Counted from the first letter of the stretch, positions 1 through 11,131 are shown. The stretch is DNA of 64,000 bases from Obrimoposthia wandeli (GCA_977020255.1 CDROCS010002105.1:372001-436000); one strand, 5' to 3'. Translations and numbers: made by a program. The notes: generated from the letters alone by a model not told the origin.

Positions 1-311
1 GCCGACGTTGCCAAATTCATTAATCAATACTGCCCATTTTTCATTTTCAGGTTTGCGAGCAAGTAAAGATAAAATAGAGGTCGTTTTACCAGCACCCAAA
101 AAGCCCGTGATGATATTAGTAGGAATGCGTTTCATGCTGTAACAGATCTCCTTGGGAATGACGGGGTAACCGTCTTCAATACATCCATGTTACTCAAAAA
201 GAGCCGTGGGTAGAAGAGAGGTATTTTTTGCATGACACAAGCGGTCGGAAAATATCCGAATTTCCATGAAAGAGCACCTAATTAGCAATATTCCCCTGTT
301 TGTCTTAATGC

Positions 312-2318
312 TTATTTTAATTCTTTACGGCCTTTATACTGTTCTAATGCTGCTGGGTTTGCCAAGGCTCCCATATTTGTTACTGGCAAATTATGCACGA
401 TATTACGCACGGCAAGTTCCACCAACTTACCAGATTTGGTTCTAGGTATATCTGTAACTGGCAGAATAACGGCAGGTATATGACGGGGAGAACAATGGTG
501 TTTAATGCGCTGGCATATCGTGGCTTTGAGTGCGTCGTCTAACAGGTAACCATCGGCAAGCTGAACAAATAACACCACCCGCACATCGTTCTTCCAGTTT
601 TGTCCTATTACCACTGAATCGGTAATTTCGTGTAATGGATTCACTTGGCGGTAAATTTCTGCTGAACCTATACGTACTCCACCAGGGTTTAATACGGCAT
701 CAGAACGGCCAAAAAAAGTCATGCCCCCTGTACTGCTTAATGCTACAAAATCGCCGTGATGCCATGTATTGGGGTAGGTATTCCAATACGCATTATGATA
801 GCGCTTTCCATCAGGATCATTCCAAAAACCAATAGGCTGGTTTGGGAAACTATTGCAGCAAACGAGCTCACCTTGTTGAGTTAATTCTGTTTGACCTTGT
901 TCATTGAAAACACGCACATCCATTCCTAATGCTTGGCTTTGGCATTCACCCTTATAAACAGGGTTCAATGGATTACCAATAGCAAAGCAACCACAAATAT
1001 CGGTACCACCAGAAATAGAAGCAAGCTGTAGATCAGATTTGATCTGGCTGTATACATAGTCAAATTGCTCGGGGGCAAGTACAGAACCTGTTGAACATAA
1101 TGTTTGTAGGTATGGTAAAGAATGGAACTGGTTTGGGCTGTAATTTTGTTTTTCGAGTGCTTCTAAATATTTAGCTGATGTACCAAACAATGAAAGCTGT
1201 TCTTGCTCTGCCATATCCCATAATACGCTGGCATTTGGATAAAAGGGGGAACCGTCATACAGTACGACGGTAGCCCCAGAGGCTAACCCGCTGACTAACC
1301 AATTCCACATCATCCAGCCGCATGTTGTGAAATAGAAAATGCGATCACCCTGCTTTACGTCACAGTGTAACTTATGTTCTTTCAGGTGATTGAGTAATAA
1401 TCCGCCCGTGCTGTGAATAATGCATTTGGGTTTGCCAGTTGTGCCTGATGAATACAAGATATACAGCGGATGGTTAAAAGGCACTGGTGTAAATTGAATA
1501 TTTGTTGGCTCGTATTGGTCTAATGCATTTTGCCAAAGGGTTAGGGGGGTGGTTGTAGCAATAGAGGCTGTCAATTCACGCATATCTATCTGGGTATACG
1601 GAATAACAATCAATTGTTCGACGCTGGGAAGCTGAGCCAGCATTTGCGTAATATTGTCTAGGCTGCTGTTTGATTTTCCGTTATAAAAATAGCCGTCTGC
1701 CGTTAATAATACTTTGGGCTTGGTTTGACCAAATCGCTCTACAACACTATCTGCACCAAAGTCGGGTGACGTCGATGTCCAAATTGCGCCCAATGCCGAC
1801 GTAGCCAACATGGCAATAATAGCTTGAGGTATGTTGGGTATGTATCCTGCGACTACATCACCTTGTTTAACCCCTTTAGCAGCGAGAAATTGGGTAAGTT
1901 GTGATGTTTGACGATAGAGCTGTTGCCAACTTATACGTTGCTGCTGCTCTTTTTGCCCTTCACAATGAAATACGATGGCATCTGCGGCTGCGTGTCGATT
2001 CCAGTTTTTGAGTAGATTCTCTGCAAAGTTCAGCGTTGCATTAGGAAACCACTGCGTCTCTTTAGCTGGCAGTGTTGATTGTGGGGGTGTTAAGCTAGTG
2101 GGCTCGCCTTTATGACCTATCACATCAGAAAAATCCCAAACTTGATCCCAGAAGCTGTCGCTATGGGCAATAGACCAATGATGTAACTGGTGGTAATCAT
2201 GAAACAGCGTATTTTGTTGCTCACTCAATTGAACCATAAATTGAGTGAGCAAACTGGATTGAATACGATCCCGTGAAGGGCGCCACAGCATGTGTGGATC
2301 GTCGGTGTTTACTGTCAT
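312..2318 (-). CDS. Acetoacetate--CoA ligase (acetoacetyl-CoA synthetase), AMP-binding family
   Basis: 668 aa; adenylate-forming motifs YILYSSGTTGKPKCI, SISGGTD, WHHGD, GRSD, PRTKSGK; lies downstream of hmgA-fahA-maiA, whose end product is acetoacetate. Confidence 0.92.
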   Translation of the reverse strand: MTVNTDDPHMLWRPSRDRIQSSLLTQFMVQLSEQQNTLFHDYHQLHHWSIAHSDSFWDQVWDFSDVIGHKGEPTSLTPPQSTLPAKETQWFPNATLNFAENLLKNWNRHAAADAIVFHCEGQKEQQQRISWQQLYRQTSQLTQFLAAKGVKQGDVVAGYIPNIPQAIIAMLATSALGAIWTSTSPDFGADSVVERFGQTKPKVLLTADGYFYNGKSNSSLDNITQMLAQLPSVEQLIVIPYTQIDMRELTASIATTTPLTLWQNALDQYEPTNIQFTPVPFNHPLYILYSSGTTGKPKCIIHSTGGLLLNHLKEHKLHCDVKQGDRIFYFTTCGWMMWNWLVSGLASGATVVLYDGSPFYPNASVLWDMAEQEQLSLFGTSAKYLEALEKQNYSPNQFHSLPYLQTLCSTGSVLAPEQFDYVYSQIKSDLQLASISGGTDICGCFAIGNPLNPVYKGECQSQALGMDVRVFNEQGQTELTQQGELVCCNSFPNQPIGFWNDPDGKRYHNAYWNTYPNTWHHGDFVALSSTGGMTFFGRSDAVLNPGGVRIGSAEIYRQVNPLHEITDSVVIGQNWKNDVRVVLFVQLADGYLLDDALKATICQRIKHHCSPRHIPAVILPVTDIPRTKSGKLVELAVRNIVHNLPVTNMGALANPAALEQYKGRKELK

Positions 2319-2416
2319 TGGTTAAACCCTCCGTGTGTAACGTCTTCATATTTATGATTGTTTTGCGCTGCTTTGCTTATCTTGCTCGTTTACTGTTGCT
2401 TATTGCTGCTACTTTT

Positions 2417-3076
2417 TTACTGCTGATCAGGGTGTGCATGTTTGAATGCGTCTATTTGTTGGCAATGCTGATCAACGAGCGAGAGATTGGGGTATTTAGT
2501 CATATCAAAATCAAAACGCTTCGCGTTGTAAATTTGTGGAATTAAGCAAATATCAGCCAACGTTGCGTGCTTGCCGAAACAGAAAGTGTGTTTAAATGAT
2601 GGGCTACGACTCAACATCACTTCCAATGCCTGAAACCCTCGTTCAAGCCAATGAAAATACCAAACCATTTTTTCGTTCTGGTTTGCCCCTAAATCGCTGT
2701 TTAAGTAGTTCAGTACGCGAAGGTTATTTAAAGGGTGAATATCGCAGGCAATCAACAAGGCAAAAGAGCGACACTGTGCTTTTTTCCAAGGGTCGTTAGG
2801 TAGCAAAGGAATATCTGGATACGTTTCATCGAGGTATTCAATGATCGCTAAAGATTGACTCAATATTCCGTGGTCGGTTTTCAAGCACGGCACTAAGCCG
2901 TTAGGGTTTACCGTGGCATAATCACTGCTGTTTTGTTCATTATCAATCAGTGAAATCGGGAACTGCTCGTAGCTTTTATCTTTAGTTAGCCCTTTTAAAT
3001 TTAATGCAATACGAACACGGTATGAGGCAGAAGAACGATAATAGTCGTATAGCGTTATTGCAATTGCGTCATCCAT
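2417..3076 (-). CDS. maiA: Maleylacetoacetate isomerase (GST zeta class)
   Basis: N-terminal LYDYYRSSASYRVRIALNLKG, NPNGLVP, SQSLAIIEYLDE, DIHPLNNLRVL; pathway context. Confidence 0.93.
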   Translation of the reverse strand: MDDAIAITLYDYYRSSASYRVRIALNLKGLTKDKSYEQFPISLIDNEQNSSDYATVNPNGLVPCLKTDHGILSQSLAIIEYLDETYPDIPLLPNDPWKKAQCRSFALLIACDIHPLNNLRVLNYLNSDLGANQNEKMVWYFHWLERGFQALEVMLSRSPSFKHTFCFGKHATLADICLIPQIYNAKRFDFDMTKYPNLSLVDQHCQQIDAFKHAHPDQQ

Positions 3077-3114
3077 TGTGATTCCAGCCCTTTTTATTTA
3101 ACCAGCTTTTTTAT

Positions 3115-4137
3115 TTAAACGGGTTTATGGTGTTCTAAATCTTGTTTATCATAGACGTTAGTGTATTTAACGACCTTCTGCTCTATTGCACCGAAAATAG
3201 AATCCCCATTGTCATCAAACATTTCTATTTTTACGGTATCGCCAAACTTCATGAAGGGGGTGATAGGCATGCCATGTTCAATCATTTCTAGCATACGTCG
3301 CTCGGCTAGGCAGCAAGAACCACTTGTTCGATCGAGGTTAGAAACCGTGCCTGATCCTATGATTGTTCCTGCCCCAACATGGCGGCTTTTCGCGATATGC
3401 TGCACCAATTCAGCGAAGTTAAAGGTCATGTCTGTACCGGCATGAGGCTGCCCAAATAATTCATTGTTTAAGTGAACCGTTAAACGGTGATGCACTTTAA
3501 AGTCGTGCCAGCTGTCATTCAATTCATCGGGGGTTACTGCTACTGGTGAAAAGGCTGATGCGGGTTTTGATTGGAAGAACCCAAAGCCTTTGCCAAGCTC
3601 ATTAGGTATAAGGTTACGTAACGACACATCATTCACTAACATTAGTAATTTAATGTGGTTGTGTAGTTGTTCTGTGCGTGTTCCCATCGGAATATCGTCG
3701 GTAATAACCGCAATTTCACCTTCAAAATCGATTCCCCACGCTTCATCGGCTGCTTGAATATCTTGGTAAGGGTCAAGAAAACCATCAGACATACCTTGGT
3801 ACATTAAAGGATCGGTCCAGAAGCTTTCAGGCATTGCTGCCCCACGGGCTTTTCGAACCAATTCAACGTGGTTAACATAAGCGCTGCCATCTGCCCATTG
3901 ATATGCACGAGGAAGCGGCGAAGCACATCCGTGCGGGTTAAAAAGAAAGACATTATGAGCAATACCATCATTAAGGTTGCGGTAGAGGTGTTGTAAATAA
4001 GGTTCGACTTGTTCCCAGTTATCTAACGCAAACTGTAGGGTTGGGGCAATGTCGTGTGCGTGAACGGCTTGTGTTAAATCTCTTGATACAACAATGAGTT
4101 GACCATCACGACCTTGATGTAAAGACGCTAATTTCAC
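3115..4137 (-). CDS. fahA: Fumarylacetoacetate hydrolase family protein
   Basis: KLASL..GRDGQLIVVSRDL, DFEGEIAV, LMLVNDVSLRNL, GFGFFQSKP, IIGSGTVSN; start moved to GTG 4137 (GGAG RBS upstream); ORF track starts at 4170. Confidence 0.88.
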   Translation of the reverse strand: MKLASLHQGRDGQLIVVSRDLTQAVHAHDIAPTLQFALDNWEQVEPYLQHLYRNLNDGIAHNVFLFNPHGCASPLPRAYQWADGSAYVNHVELVRKARGAAMPESFWTDPLMYQGMSDGFLDPYQDIQAADEAWGIDFEGEIAVITDDIPMGTRTEQLHNHIKLLMLVNDVSLRNLIPNELGKGFGFFQSKPASAFSPVAVTPDELNDSWHDFKVHHRLTVHLNNELFGQPHAGTDMTFNFAELVQHIAKSRHVGAGTIIGSGTVSNLDRTSGSCCLAERRMLEMIEHGMPITPFMKFGDTVKIEMFDDNGDSIFGAIEQKVVKYTNVYDKQDLEHHKPV

Positions 4138-4228
4138 GGTGTGCTCCTTATTTACAATGTAAATCCACATACTCGAATGAATAAATAATAACCAATATAA
4201 TGAATGGTTTACGTGTTATTGCTTATGA

Positions 4229-5410
4229 CTATTTACGGCTCAACCAAGAATAAACATAGTCTTTATTTTCAACGCCTTCAGGCAAGTCTGCTATTTCTAA
4301 TGGGAAGCGTGTATCGATCATCACAGCCACTTCATCGGTTTCTTTTTTCTGATTAGTTTGACTCGCCGCAAGTGCCTTAGGGTGGGGGCCATGAGAGAAA
4401 CCACAAGGGTGATGAGTGATCATTCCGGCTTCAATATTATCTCGGCTGAAAAAATTACCACGGTGATAAAACAGCACTTCATCGTAGTCATCATTGTTAT
4501 GGAAAAAGGGTACTTTAAGCGCATTTGGGTCGCTTTCGATCGGGCGAGGTACAAAAGTACAGATAACAAAACCATCTGCGATAAAGGTGGTGTGTGCCGA
4601 CGGTGGTAAGTGGTAGCGGTGGCTCATTAGTGGGCGAATATCACGCCAATTAAGTTTGAAAACGGTGAGGTTACCTTTCCAACCTTGTGCATCTAATGGA
4701 TTGTAAGGGTAGGTAATGGTATTCATTTGGTTTCGCGCTTTTAATAGCACTTTCCACGTTTGTTGAACGCTCTGTTTATTATTTTGCAGATCACTTTGTT
4801 GATCGTCTTGTAAATCGCTTTGCTGAGCCAAAAACGCATCATCAATGCGAGCATATTCTAATATCGCGGGGTCATACACGGCGTGTTGTCCAACTATCCC
4901 TCTATCGGGTGTTTTATAGCCGCTATTTGTTGCTTCAATCAGCAACAGTGATACAGGTTCATCCATTTCAATACGCCAGCTGGTGGCACGGGGTATAACA
5001 ATGTAATCACCGTCTATAAAACTTAAATGACCGTAGTCGCAATAAAAATGACCGTTGCCGCTATGAACAAATAGCACTTCATCACCATCACCGTTACGTA
5101 CAAGGTGATCCATACTTTGTTGACTATTCCAAACACGTATTTTTACATTGTCATTGTGAAGCAGCAGTGAAGCATCCCACGGGGTAATACCTGATTGCTC
5201 AAGTTTGGTGGTGTCTATTGCGCGTGGTCGAAGCGGGCCTTCCCATTGTATCCACCCTGTTGGGGCATGCTTATGATACATATGGCTAGCAGGGCCAAAG
5301 AACCCTTCTTTTCCGCATTCGCGCTCGAAAGTACCTTCTGGAAGGTCACAATGTGCCTGCCGAGAAGCTTTCCCTTCAATGATTGGAAACTGAAACCATT
5401 GCTGCATCAT
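4229..5410 (-). CDS. hmgA: Homogentisate 1,2-dioxygenase
   Basis: EGFFGP, RNGDGDE, PFFHNNDDYDEVLFYH and HPCGFSHGPHP iron-ligand motifs, VMIDT. Confidence 0.92.
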   Translation of the reverse strand: MMQQWFQFPIIEGKASRQAHCDLPEGTFERECGKEGFFGPASHMYHKHAPTGWIQWEGPLRPRAIDTTKLEQSGITPWDASLLLHNDNVKIRVWNSQQSMDHLVRNGDGDEVLFVHSGNGHFYCDYGHLSFIDGDYIVIPRATSWRIEMDEPVSLLLIEATNSGYKTPDRGIVGQHAVYDPAILEYARIDDAFLAQQSDLQDDQQSDLQNNKQSVQQTWKVLLKARNQMNTITYPYNPLDAQGWKGNLTVFKLNWRDIRPLMSHRYHLPPSAHTTFIADGFVICTFVPRPIESDPNALKVPFFHNNDDYDEVLFYHRGNFFSRDNIEAGMITHHPCGFSHGPHPKALAASQTNQKKETDEVAVMIDTRFPLEIADLPEGVENKDYVYSWLSRK

Positions 5411-5723
5411 TAACTCCCTCTTTCGTCAGCCTTTTCAACATTGATTAACCAAAAACATGAACTAAGTAAGGTTAATTAAATGTTAAATAACAATTTAATT
5501 TTGGCGGAGTTACAGTAAACAATCAACTAAATGGCAGTAATAGAAATACCGATAGTGTGTTGAATATTTTACATATATGTATTTATAATTATTTTTTATC
5601 TGTAACGATAAGTCAGTATTTTCATGCGGTTAGTTTATATTAACGTTTACCTTTAGATACGGGTTAAAAGAGATGACGGGTTATCTTTGATTAATGCAGG
5701 TTAAGTGTCAGTACAAAAGTGGA

Positions 5724-5741
5724 TGTAAAATTTATGTTACA
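5724..5741. promoter_or_regulatory. TyrR/PhhR-type box in the divergent hmgA-phhA promoter region
   Basis: TGTAAA-ATTTAT-GTTACA, one mismatch to TGTAAA-N6-TTTACA; a half-matching site TGTGTT-N6-TTTACA lies at 5556-5573. Confidence 0.6.
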
Positions 5742-5916
5742 CCTTGGTTTTGCTTGATTCTTATTTGTGGGTTCCAATTCACCCCATAAAACACCTAATC
5801 TTTATAAAAAGGGCTGGTATTGGTTATCTGCGTTCATTGAGCTAAGTGATGATGGCGTTAATCGTTAACTTCCGATTAAAGCCATGGTTAGGCGTGAAAA
5901 TGAGAGGGCATTTTTT

Positions 5917-6729
5917 ATGGGGAAAGCGAGTAAATATGTCTCTAAAAAGTCAGATAAAAATGGCTTTATAGATTGGAGTGAAGATGAGAATCAAATCTGG
6001 CATGATTTGGTTGTAAGGCAGCTCACTTGCATCAAAGGGAAGGCCTGCGAAGAATACCTTGCAGGGCTAAAATTACTTAACTTACCTACCGACCATGTTC
6101 CGCAGTTAAAAAATATTAATCGAGTGTTGAAAGAAACGACGGGGTGGGAATGTGTAGAAGTACCTGCATTGATTAACTTTGATCGCTTTTTTCATTTGCT
6201 TGCTCATAAACAATTCCCAGTTGCGACCTTTCTACGAAATCGTGATGAATTTGATTATTTGCAAGAGCCTGATTTTTTCCATGAAGTATTTGGTCATTGC
6301 GCGATGCTGACAAACCCCGCTTTTGCTGAGTTTACCCACGCTTATGGGCGATTAGGCTATGAAGCCAGTAAAGAAGATCGCGTGTATTTAGCCCGATTGT
6401 ACTGGTTCACGGTTGAATTCGGTTTAATGAAAACATCTGATCAGCGTACTATTTATGGCGGTGGTATTTTATCTTCCCCTGGCGAGACAGAGTATGTTTA
6501 TAAAGGAATAAAGGCACGCTATAAGCCTTTTGCACCTGTTGATGTAATGCGGACACCTTACCGAATCGATATTATGCAGCCAGTGTATTTTGTTATTAAA
6601 AGTATTGATCAGCTGTATGAACTGGCACAAAAAGACATCATGAGTATGGTGCAAGAAGCCAAAGCTTTGGGGCTACACAAACCGTTATTTCCACCCAAGA
6701 AAAAGGAGCATTTAGGGGAATATGTCTAA
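5917..6729 (+). CDS. phhA: Phenylalanine 4-monooxygenase
   Basis: [39 protein letters not shown]; likely start ATG 5917 (ORF track 5884). Confidence 0.95.
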   Translation: MGKASKYVSKKSDKNGFIDWSEDENQIWHDLVVRQLTCIKGKACEEYLAGLKLLNLPTDHVPQLKNINRVLKETTGWECVEVPALINFDRFFHLLAHKQFPVATFLRNRDEFDYLQEPDFFHEVFGHCAMLTNPAFAEFTHAYGRLGYEASKEDRVYLARLYWFTVEFGLMKTSDQRTIYGGGILSSPGETEYVYKGIKARYKPFAPVDVMRTPYRIDIMQPVYFVIKSIDQLYELAQKDIMSMVQEAKALGLHKPLFPPKKKEHLGEYV

Positions 6730-7060
6730 TTTACATGAATTGAAATGCGAAGCTTGCCAAATTGATGCACCAACAGTAACAGATCTTGAATTAGAAGAAA
6801 TGTTACAGGGTATCTCGCAGTGGAGCGTAATAGAGCGTGACGGAATTAAACAACTGGAACGTGAGTTTACATTTAAGAACTTTAAACTGGCTTGGGCTTT
6901 CAGTAATAAAATTGCTGAGTTAGCCGAGGAAGAGTTTCACCACCCAACCATAACGTTAGAGTGGGGGAAAGTGACCGTTTGCTGGTGGAGTCACTCAGTA
7001 AAAGGGCTACATAAGAATGATTTTATTTGCGCAGCAAAGACTGATCAGTGCCTAGAATAG
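6722..7060 (+). CDS. phhB: Pterin-4-alpha-carbinolamine dehydratase
   Basis: [37 protein letters not shown]; overlaps the phhA stop. Confidence 0.95.
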   Translation: MSNLHELKCEACQIDAPTVTDLELEEMLQGISQWSVIERDGIKQLEREFTFKNFKLAWAFSNKIAELAEEEFHHPTITLEWGKVTVCWWSHSVKGLHKNDFICAAKTDQCLE

Positions 7061-7113
7061 TACGTTATTTACAATGAACGCGATGAAATTAACAACACGC
7101 TTTTCAAGCTAAG

Positions 7114-7142
7114 GCCACAGTATTCTTTGCTGTGGCTTTTTT
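7114..7142 (+). terminator. Intrinsic terminator after phhAB
   Basis: GCCACAG-loop-CTGTGGC followed by TTTTTT. Confidence 0.75.
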
Positions 7143-7428
7143 ATTGAAATCAGTTTTGTAGATTTGGTTTCAATTTGAAATACGATTTTTCACATTCCTC
7201 ATATTATAGAATGCTATCCTTATTATTAAAACACTGTTCACTTCTTGATTAAGTATTGTAAACTCTGCATTTTAAGAAAATGTAACGATACATCTGTGTA
7301 TATAATTATTACAAGGCATAGCATTGTGTGCTTGGGCGCATGATAATGTATATCTTCTTGTATTTATTGGCTTTACTTTTCTTGTTATTGAAACTTATGC
7401 TCTGTTCTTACCTATACTGAGGTGATAT

Positions 7429-8841
7429 GTGTCAAATGAGTCAAATTTACCCATGACAGAACACAAAGCACCTGAAGTAATGATTGCGTGTGAAGAGTGC
7501 GGGTTAGTTGTTGATATGCCAAAGCTCAAAGAAGGGCAAAAGGCAGGATGTCCACGTTGCCATCATACGTTAACTAAGCAAATTATCATGCCGTTTCAGC
7601 GCCCGTTAGCGTACGGTATTGCTTGTATGATCATGCTTGTTTTGAGTATTAGTTTTCCGTTTATGTCTTTTAGTGTTCAAGGGATCTCTCAAGAAATAAC
7701 CTTGTTACACGCAGCGGAAATGCTGCAGCATTTTGAAAATAGCTTATTGGCGCTATTGCTGCTGATGACAGTTATTGTACTGCCTGCGGGCTATATTAGC
7801 GTTGTGATGTATCTGTATTATAAAGCTTCGAAAATTAAGCAAGTGGGGCGTAAAAATGTAAATCTACGAGTGATAAAGCGTTTATGTCGTGGCATTTTCC
7901 GTGTTGAAGCTTGGTTGATGGTGGATGTTTTTTTTATTGGGGTACTGGTTAGCTTAATAAAAATTGCATCGTTAGCGGATGTTGGGCTAGGTATCTCTTT
8001 TGGTGCTTTCTGCGTTTACACGGTGCTGGTTGTTAAGTGTGTTTCGATGGTTGATAGAACGTGGCTATGGGGTCAGTTCATTCCTATGGAGCCGCTTAGT
8101 GATGTGAAACCGGGCGATACGCATATGTCGAATAACCATGTTAACTGTCATATGTGCTCTCAATTAAACCCAATGCCAGAAAAGGCACACACAAAATGTT
8201 TACGTTGTGACAGCCAATTACATCAGTACGCCCCTAACTTGAGCCTTCAAAAGTCGTGGGCATTACTGCTTGCTTCATTCATTTTTTATATTCCCGCAAA
8301 CCTCTACCCAATGATGTACACCGTGAGTTTGGGGAAAGAGGAGGGTTCTACAATTATGGGGGGCGTTGTTTTACTGTGGAATATGGGCTCATATCCCATC
8401 GCGCTGGTGATTTTTTTAGCGAGTGTAGTCATTCCATTAGCTAAAATGTTTTCATTGGTCTGGTTGTTTATCAGCGCGCGTAAAACTGCGGATTCATCAA
8501 CCAAACGTGCGATTCAACATTTAGGTTTGTATCGAATGACTGAGCTTATCGGGCGTTGGTCTATGATTGATATTTTTGTTGTCGCTATTTTAGTTGCGTT
8601 GGTGCAGTTACAGAACTTAATGGCCATTTTCCCAGGCCCCGCGGCTTTGTCTTTCGCGATTGTGGTTATTTGCACAATGCTGTCAGCCATGCAGTTTGAT
8701 CCTCGTGTATTTTGGTCGCAATCAAGTGGTAGTGATGAACTAAGCTCGCATTTAGATGGAATAAAAGAATTCGATACTGCTGAGCCTTCCGTTCAATCGA
8801 CAGTAATTTCTAACTTTAATAAGAAGCCTGATTATGAGTGA
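7429..8841 (+). CDS. pqiA: Intermembrane transport protein PqiA (paraquat-inducible A)
   Basis: Two CxxC...CxRC zinc-finger-like modules, PANLYPMM, IGRWSMIDIFVVAILVALV; first gene of the pqiABC operon. Confidence 0.9.
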   Translation: MSNESNLPMTEHKAPEVMIACEECGLVVDMPKLKEGQKAGCPRCHHTLTKQIIMPFQRPLAYGIACMIMLVLSISFPFMSFSVQGISQEITLLHAAEMLQHFENSLLALLLLMTVIVLPAGYISVVMYLYYKASKIKQVGRKNVNLRVIKRLCRGIFRVEAWLMVDVFFIGVLVSLIKIASLADVGLGISFGAFCVYTVLVVKCVSMVDRTWLWGQFIPMEPLSDVKPGDTHMSNNHVNCHMCSQLNPMPEKAHTKCLRCDSQLHQYAPNLSLQKSWALLLASFIFYIPANLYPMMYTVSLGKEEGSTIMGGVVLLWNMGSYPIALVIFLASVVIPLAKMFSLVWLFISARKTADSSTKRAIQHLGLYRMTELIGRWSMIDIFVVAILVALVQLQNLMAIFPGPAALSFAIVVICTMLSAMQFDPRVFWSQSSGSDELSSHLDGIKEFDTAEPSVQSTVISNFNKKPDYE

Positions 8842-10480
8842 TAACAAGCCAGCTAAGGCTGACGTTCAAGATTTAAAACAGATATCGACGATATGGCTAG
8901 TACCTATTGTCGCATTGGTAATTGGTATCTGGATGCTGGTGCAATTTGTTGGAAGTAAAGGCCCTGAAATAACGCTGACGCTGAAAACGGCTGAAGGTAT
9001 TGAAGTGGGGAAAACCGAGATTAAATCGCTGAATGTAAAAGTGGGTGTCGTGACTGAAATCAAGCTGAGTGATGATTACACATATATCACCGCAAAAGTG
9101 CAGATGGATAAAGACGCTGAAAGAATGCTGAAAGAAGATACTCGGTTTTGGGTAGTAAAGCCCCGAATTGGTAAAGAAGGTATTTCGGGTTTAGATACCT
9201 TGCTATCAGGATCGTATATTGAGTTGCAACCGGGTGTTAAAACCGACGAAAAACGTGAGTTTACAGTGCTAGACATACCGCCCGTTGCACCCGCTGATGC
9301 TAAAGGCTTACGACTGATATTAACGCACCGTGAAGCCGGTAAATTGAGTGTTGGCGACCCCGTTTTATATGAAGGGTTTACAGTTGGTCGAGTTGAGAAA
9401 GTGAGCTTTGATACTGTCACTAAAAAAGCCAACTACCAGCTATTTATCTTTCAGCCTTATGATAGTTTGATCCGTAGTCGTACTAAATTTTGGTTAACGT
9501 CGGGTATTGATTTACAGATGTCGGCACAGGGTTTCAACTTGAAAATAGGTTCAATGGAATCATTAATTACAGGGGGAGTCAGCTTTAGAGTGCCTAATGG
9601 TTCTGAAGAAGGCACGCCGATCACCAAGCAGATGAGTCTGTTTAAACTGTATAACAACTTTAATACGGTACGTGAGCGTATTTTCGATGAGTATATTGAA
9701 TATGTCATGCTATTTGATGAATCAGTTCGTGGCTTAAATGAAGGCGCTCCTATTGAATATCGTGGTATTCGTATTGGTACGGTGAAGAAAGTCCCCCTAC
9801 GTTTACCAACCGGTGAAGAAGGTTTTTCTAGTAAGCAGATTCCTGTTCTTATTCGGATAGAGCTTGGCCGAGTCTATGGGAAAAATGGTATTAATTCTCT
9901 TGACGGTTTGAAACACAATTTAGAAAGTGAATTTGAAGGTGGGCTTCGCGGTAGCCTTAAAACTGGTAATTTATTAACTGGTGCATTATTTGTCGATATA
10001 GAAGTATATAAAGATGAAAAAATGCCACCCATCAATAGCTATGATGACTATCCGTTGTTTCCAACCAAAGCGGGTGGTTTTGCTGAAATTCAGAAGCAGA
10101 TTAGCGGTGTACTGAAGAAGTTTAATGATTTACCCGTTGAAGATACGTTAACGTCTTTAACGAAGACATTAGATACCTCGCAAAAAACGTTGCTAGCCGC
10201 AGAGAAGGTAGCGAAAAGCTTAGACAAATTGTTAGCACAAAAAGATACCCAAGCATTACCAAGTGGTATGCGTAAAAGTTTACAAGAAATTCAAACTACC
10301 TTGAATGGCTTTGGACCTGATGCAGCACCTTATAGAAATCTTGAGGGAGCATTGGCACGTTTTGAGCAAGTAATGAAAGAGCTACAACCCGTTTTACGAC
10401 AATTAAATGAAAAGCCTAATTCATTGGTTTTCGGTGACGATAAAGTACAAGATCCTATTCCGGCTGGAGGCCGCCAATAA
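8834..10480 (+). CDS. pqiB: Intermembrane transport protein PqiB (three MCE domains)
   Basis: IWLVPIVAL, AEGIEVGKT, FWVVKPRIG..GISGLDTLLSGSYIEL, SVRGL..GAPIEYRGIRIG. Confidence 0.93.
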   Translation: MSDNKPAKADVQDLKQISTIWLVPIVALVIGIWMLVQFVGSKGPEITLTLKTAEGIEVGKTEIKSLNVKVGVVTEIKLSDDYTYITAKVQMDKDAERMLKEDTRFWVVKPRIGKEGISGLDTLLSGSYIELQPGVKTDEKREFTVLDIPPVAPADAKGLRLILTHREAGKLSVGDPVLYEGFTVGRVEKVSFDTVTKKANYQLFIFQPYDSLIRSRTKFWLTSGIDLQMSAQGFNLKIGSMESLITGGVSFRVPNGSEEGTPITKQMSLFKLYNNFNTVRERIFDEYIEYVMLFDESVRGLNEGAPIEYRGIRIGTVKKVPLRLPTGEEGFSSKQIPVLIRIELGRVYGKNGINSLDGLKHNLESEFEGGLRGSLKTGNLLTGALFVDIEVYKDEKMPPINSYDDYPLFPTKAGGFAEIQKQISGVLKKFNDLPVEDTLTSLTKTLDTSQKTLLAAEKVAKSLDKLLAQKDTQALPSGMRKSLQEIQTTLNGFGPDAAPYRNLEGALARFEQVMKELQPVLRQLNEKPNSLVFGDDKVQDPIPAGGRQ

Positions 10481-11073
10481 TGAAAAAACACCTATTATTT
10501 ATGGTCGTCGCAACTGCATTTTTAGCTGGCTGTAGTAGTCAGCCTAATGCCGTGAATAGTTATCTATTGCCTACTGGTGCACAAAGTACCGTCTCTCAAA
10601 TTGGGTCGAATCAACCCTTGCTTGTTATTCGCCCAGTCGAGATGGCTGAACATTTAGCAGGTACGGGCCTTGTCTACCAAGTGAGTGATACCGAAGTTGT
10701 ACAAGCACAGCAAAACCTATGGGCTGAAAGTATTGGTAAGCAACTTACACGACGAATTAATCAAGATTTACGCAGTAAGCAAAGTCAATTTTGGACAACA
10801 GAACTGACGCCAGCCTTGAGCACGTATAATTCACCGCGGTTACAGGTGAAAATCGATGAGTTCAATGGACACTATTCCGGCATGGCTAAAATTAGCGGCG
10901 AGTGGATGCTAGTAAAAAGTGATGGCGATTTGAATGGCGTATATCCATTTCAGTTCCAAGTGCCTTTACAAGAAGAGGGGTACGACGCGCAGGTTAAAGC
11001 CTTGTCTGAAGGTGTAAACCGTTTAACGACTCAAATTGCACAACGATTAAACGTGGCGCCAGCTTCTTTGTAA
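10480..11073 (+). CDS. pqiC: Outer-membrane lipoprotein PqiC
   Basis: Lipobox FLAGC, YLLP, WAESIGKQL; coupled to pqiB. Confidence 0.85.
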   Translation: MKKHLLFMVVATAFLAGCSSQPNAVNSYLLPTGAQSTVSQIGSNQPLLVIRPVEMAEHLAGTGLVYQVSDTEVVQAQQNLWAESIGKQLTRRINQDLRSKQSQFWTTELTPALSTYNSPRLQVKIDEFNGHYSGMAKISGEWMLVKSDGDLNGVYPFQFQVPLQEEGYDAQVKALSEGVNRLTTQIAQRLNVAPASL

Positions 11074-11101
11074 TCAAAGAACGATATACCGTACATCATC
11101 G

Positions 11102-11131
11102 AAAAAAAAGGAGCCCTTAGGCTCCTTTTTT
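11102..11131. terminator. Bidirectional intrinsic terminator between pqiC and the oxidoreductase
   Basis: A8-GGAGCC-CTTA-GGCTCC-T6. Confidence 0.85.
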
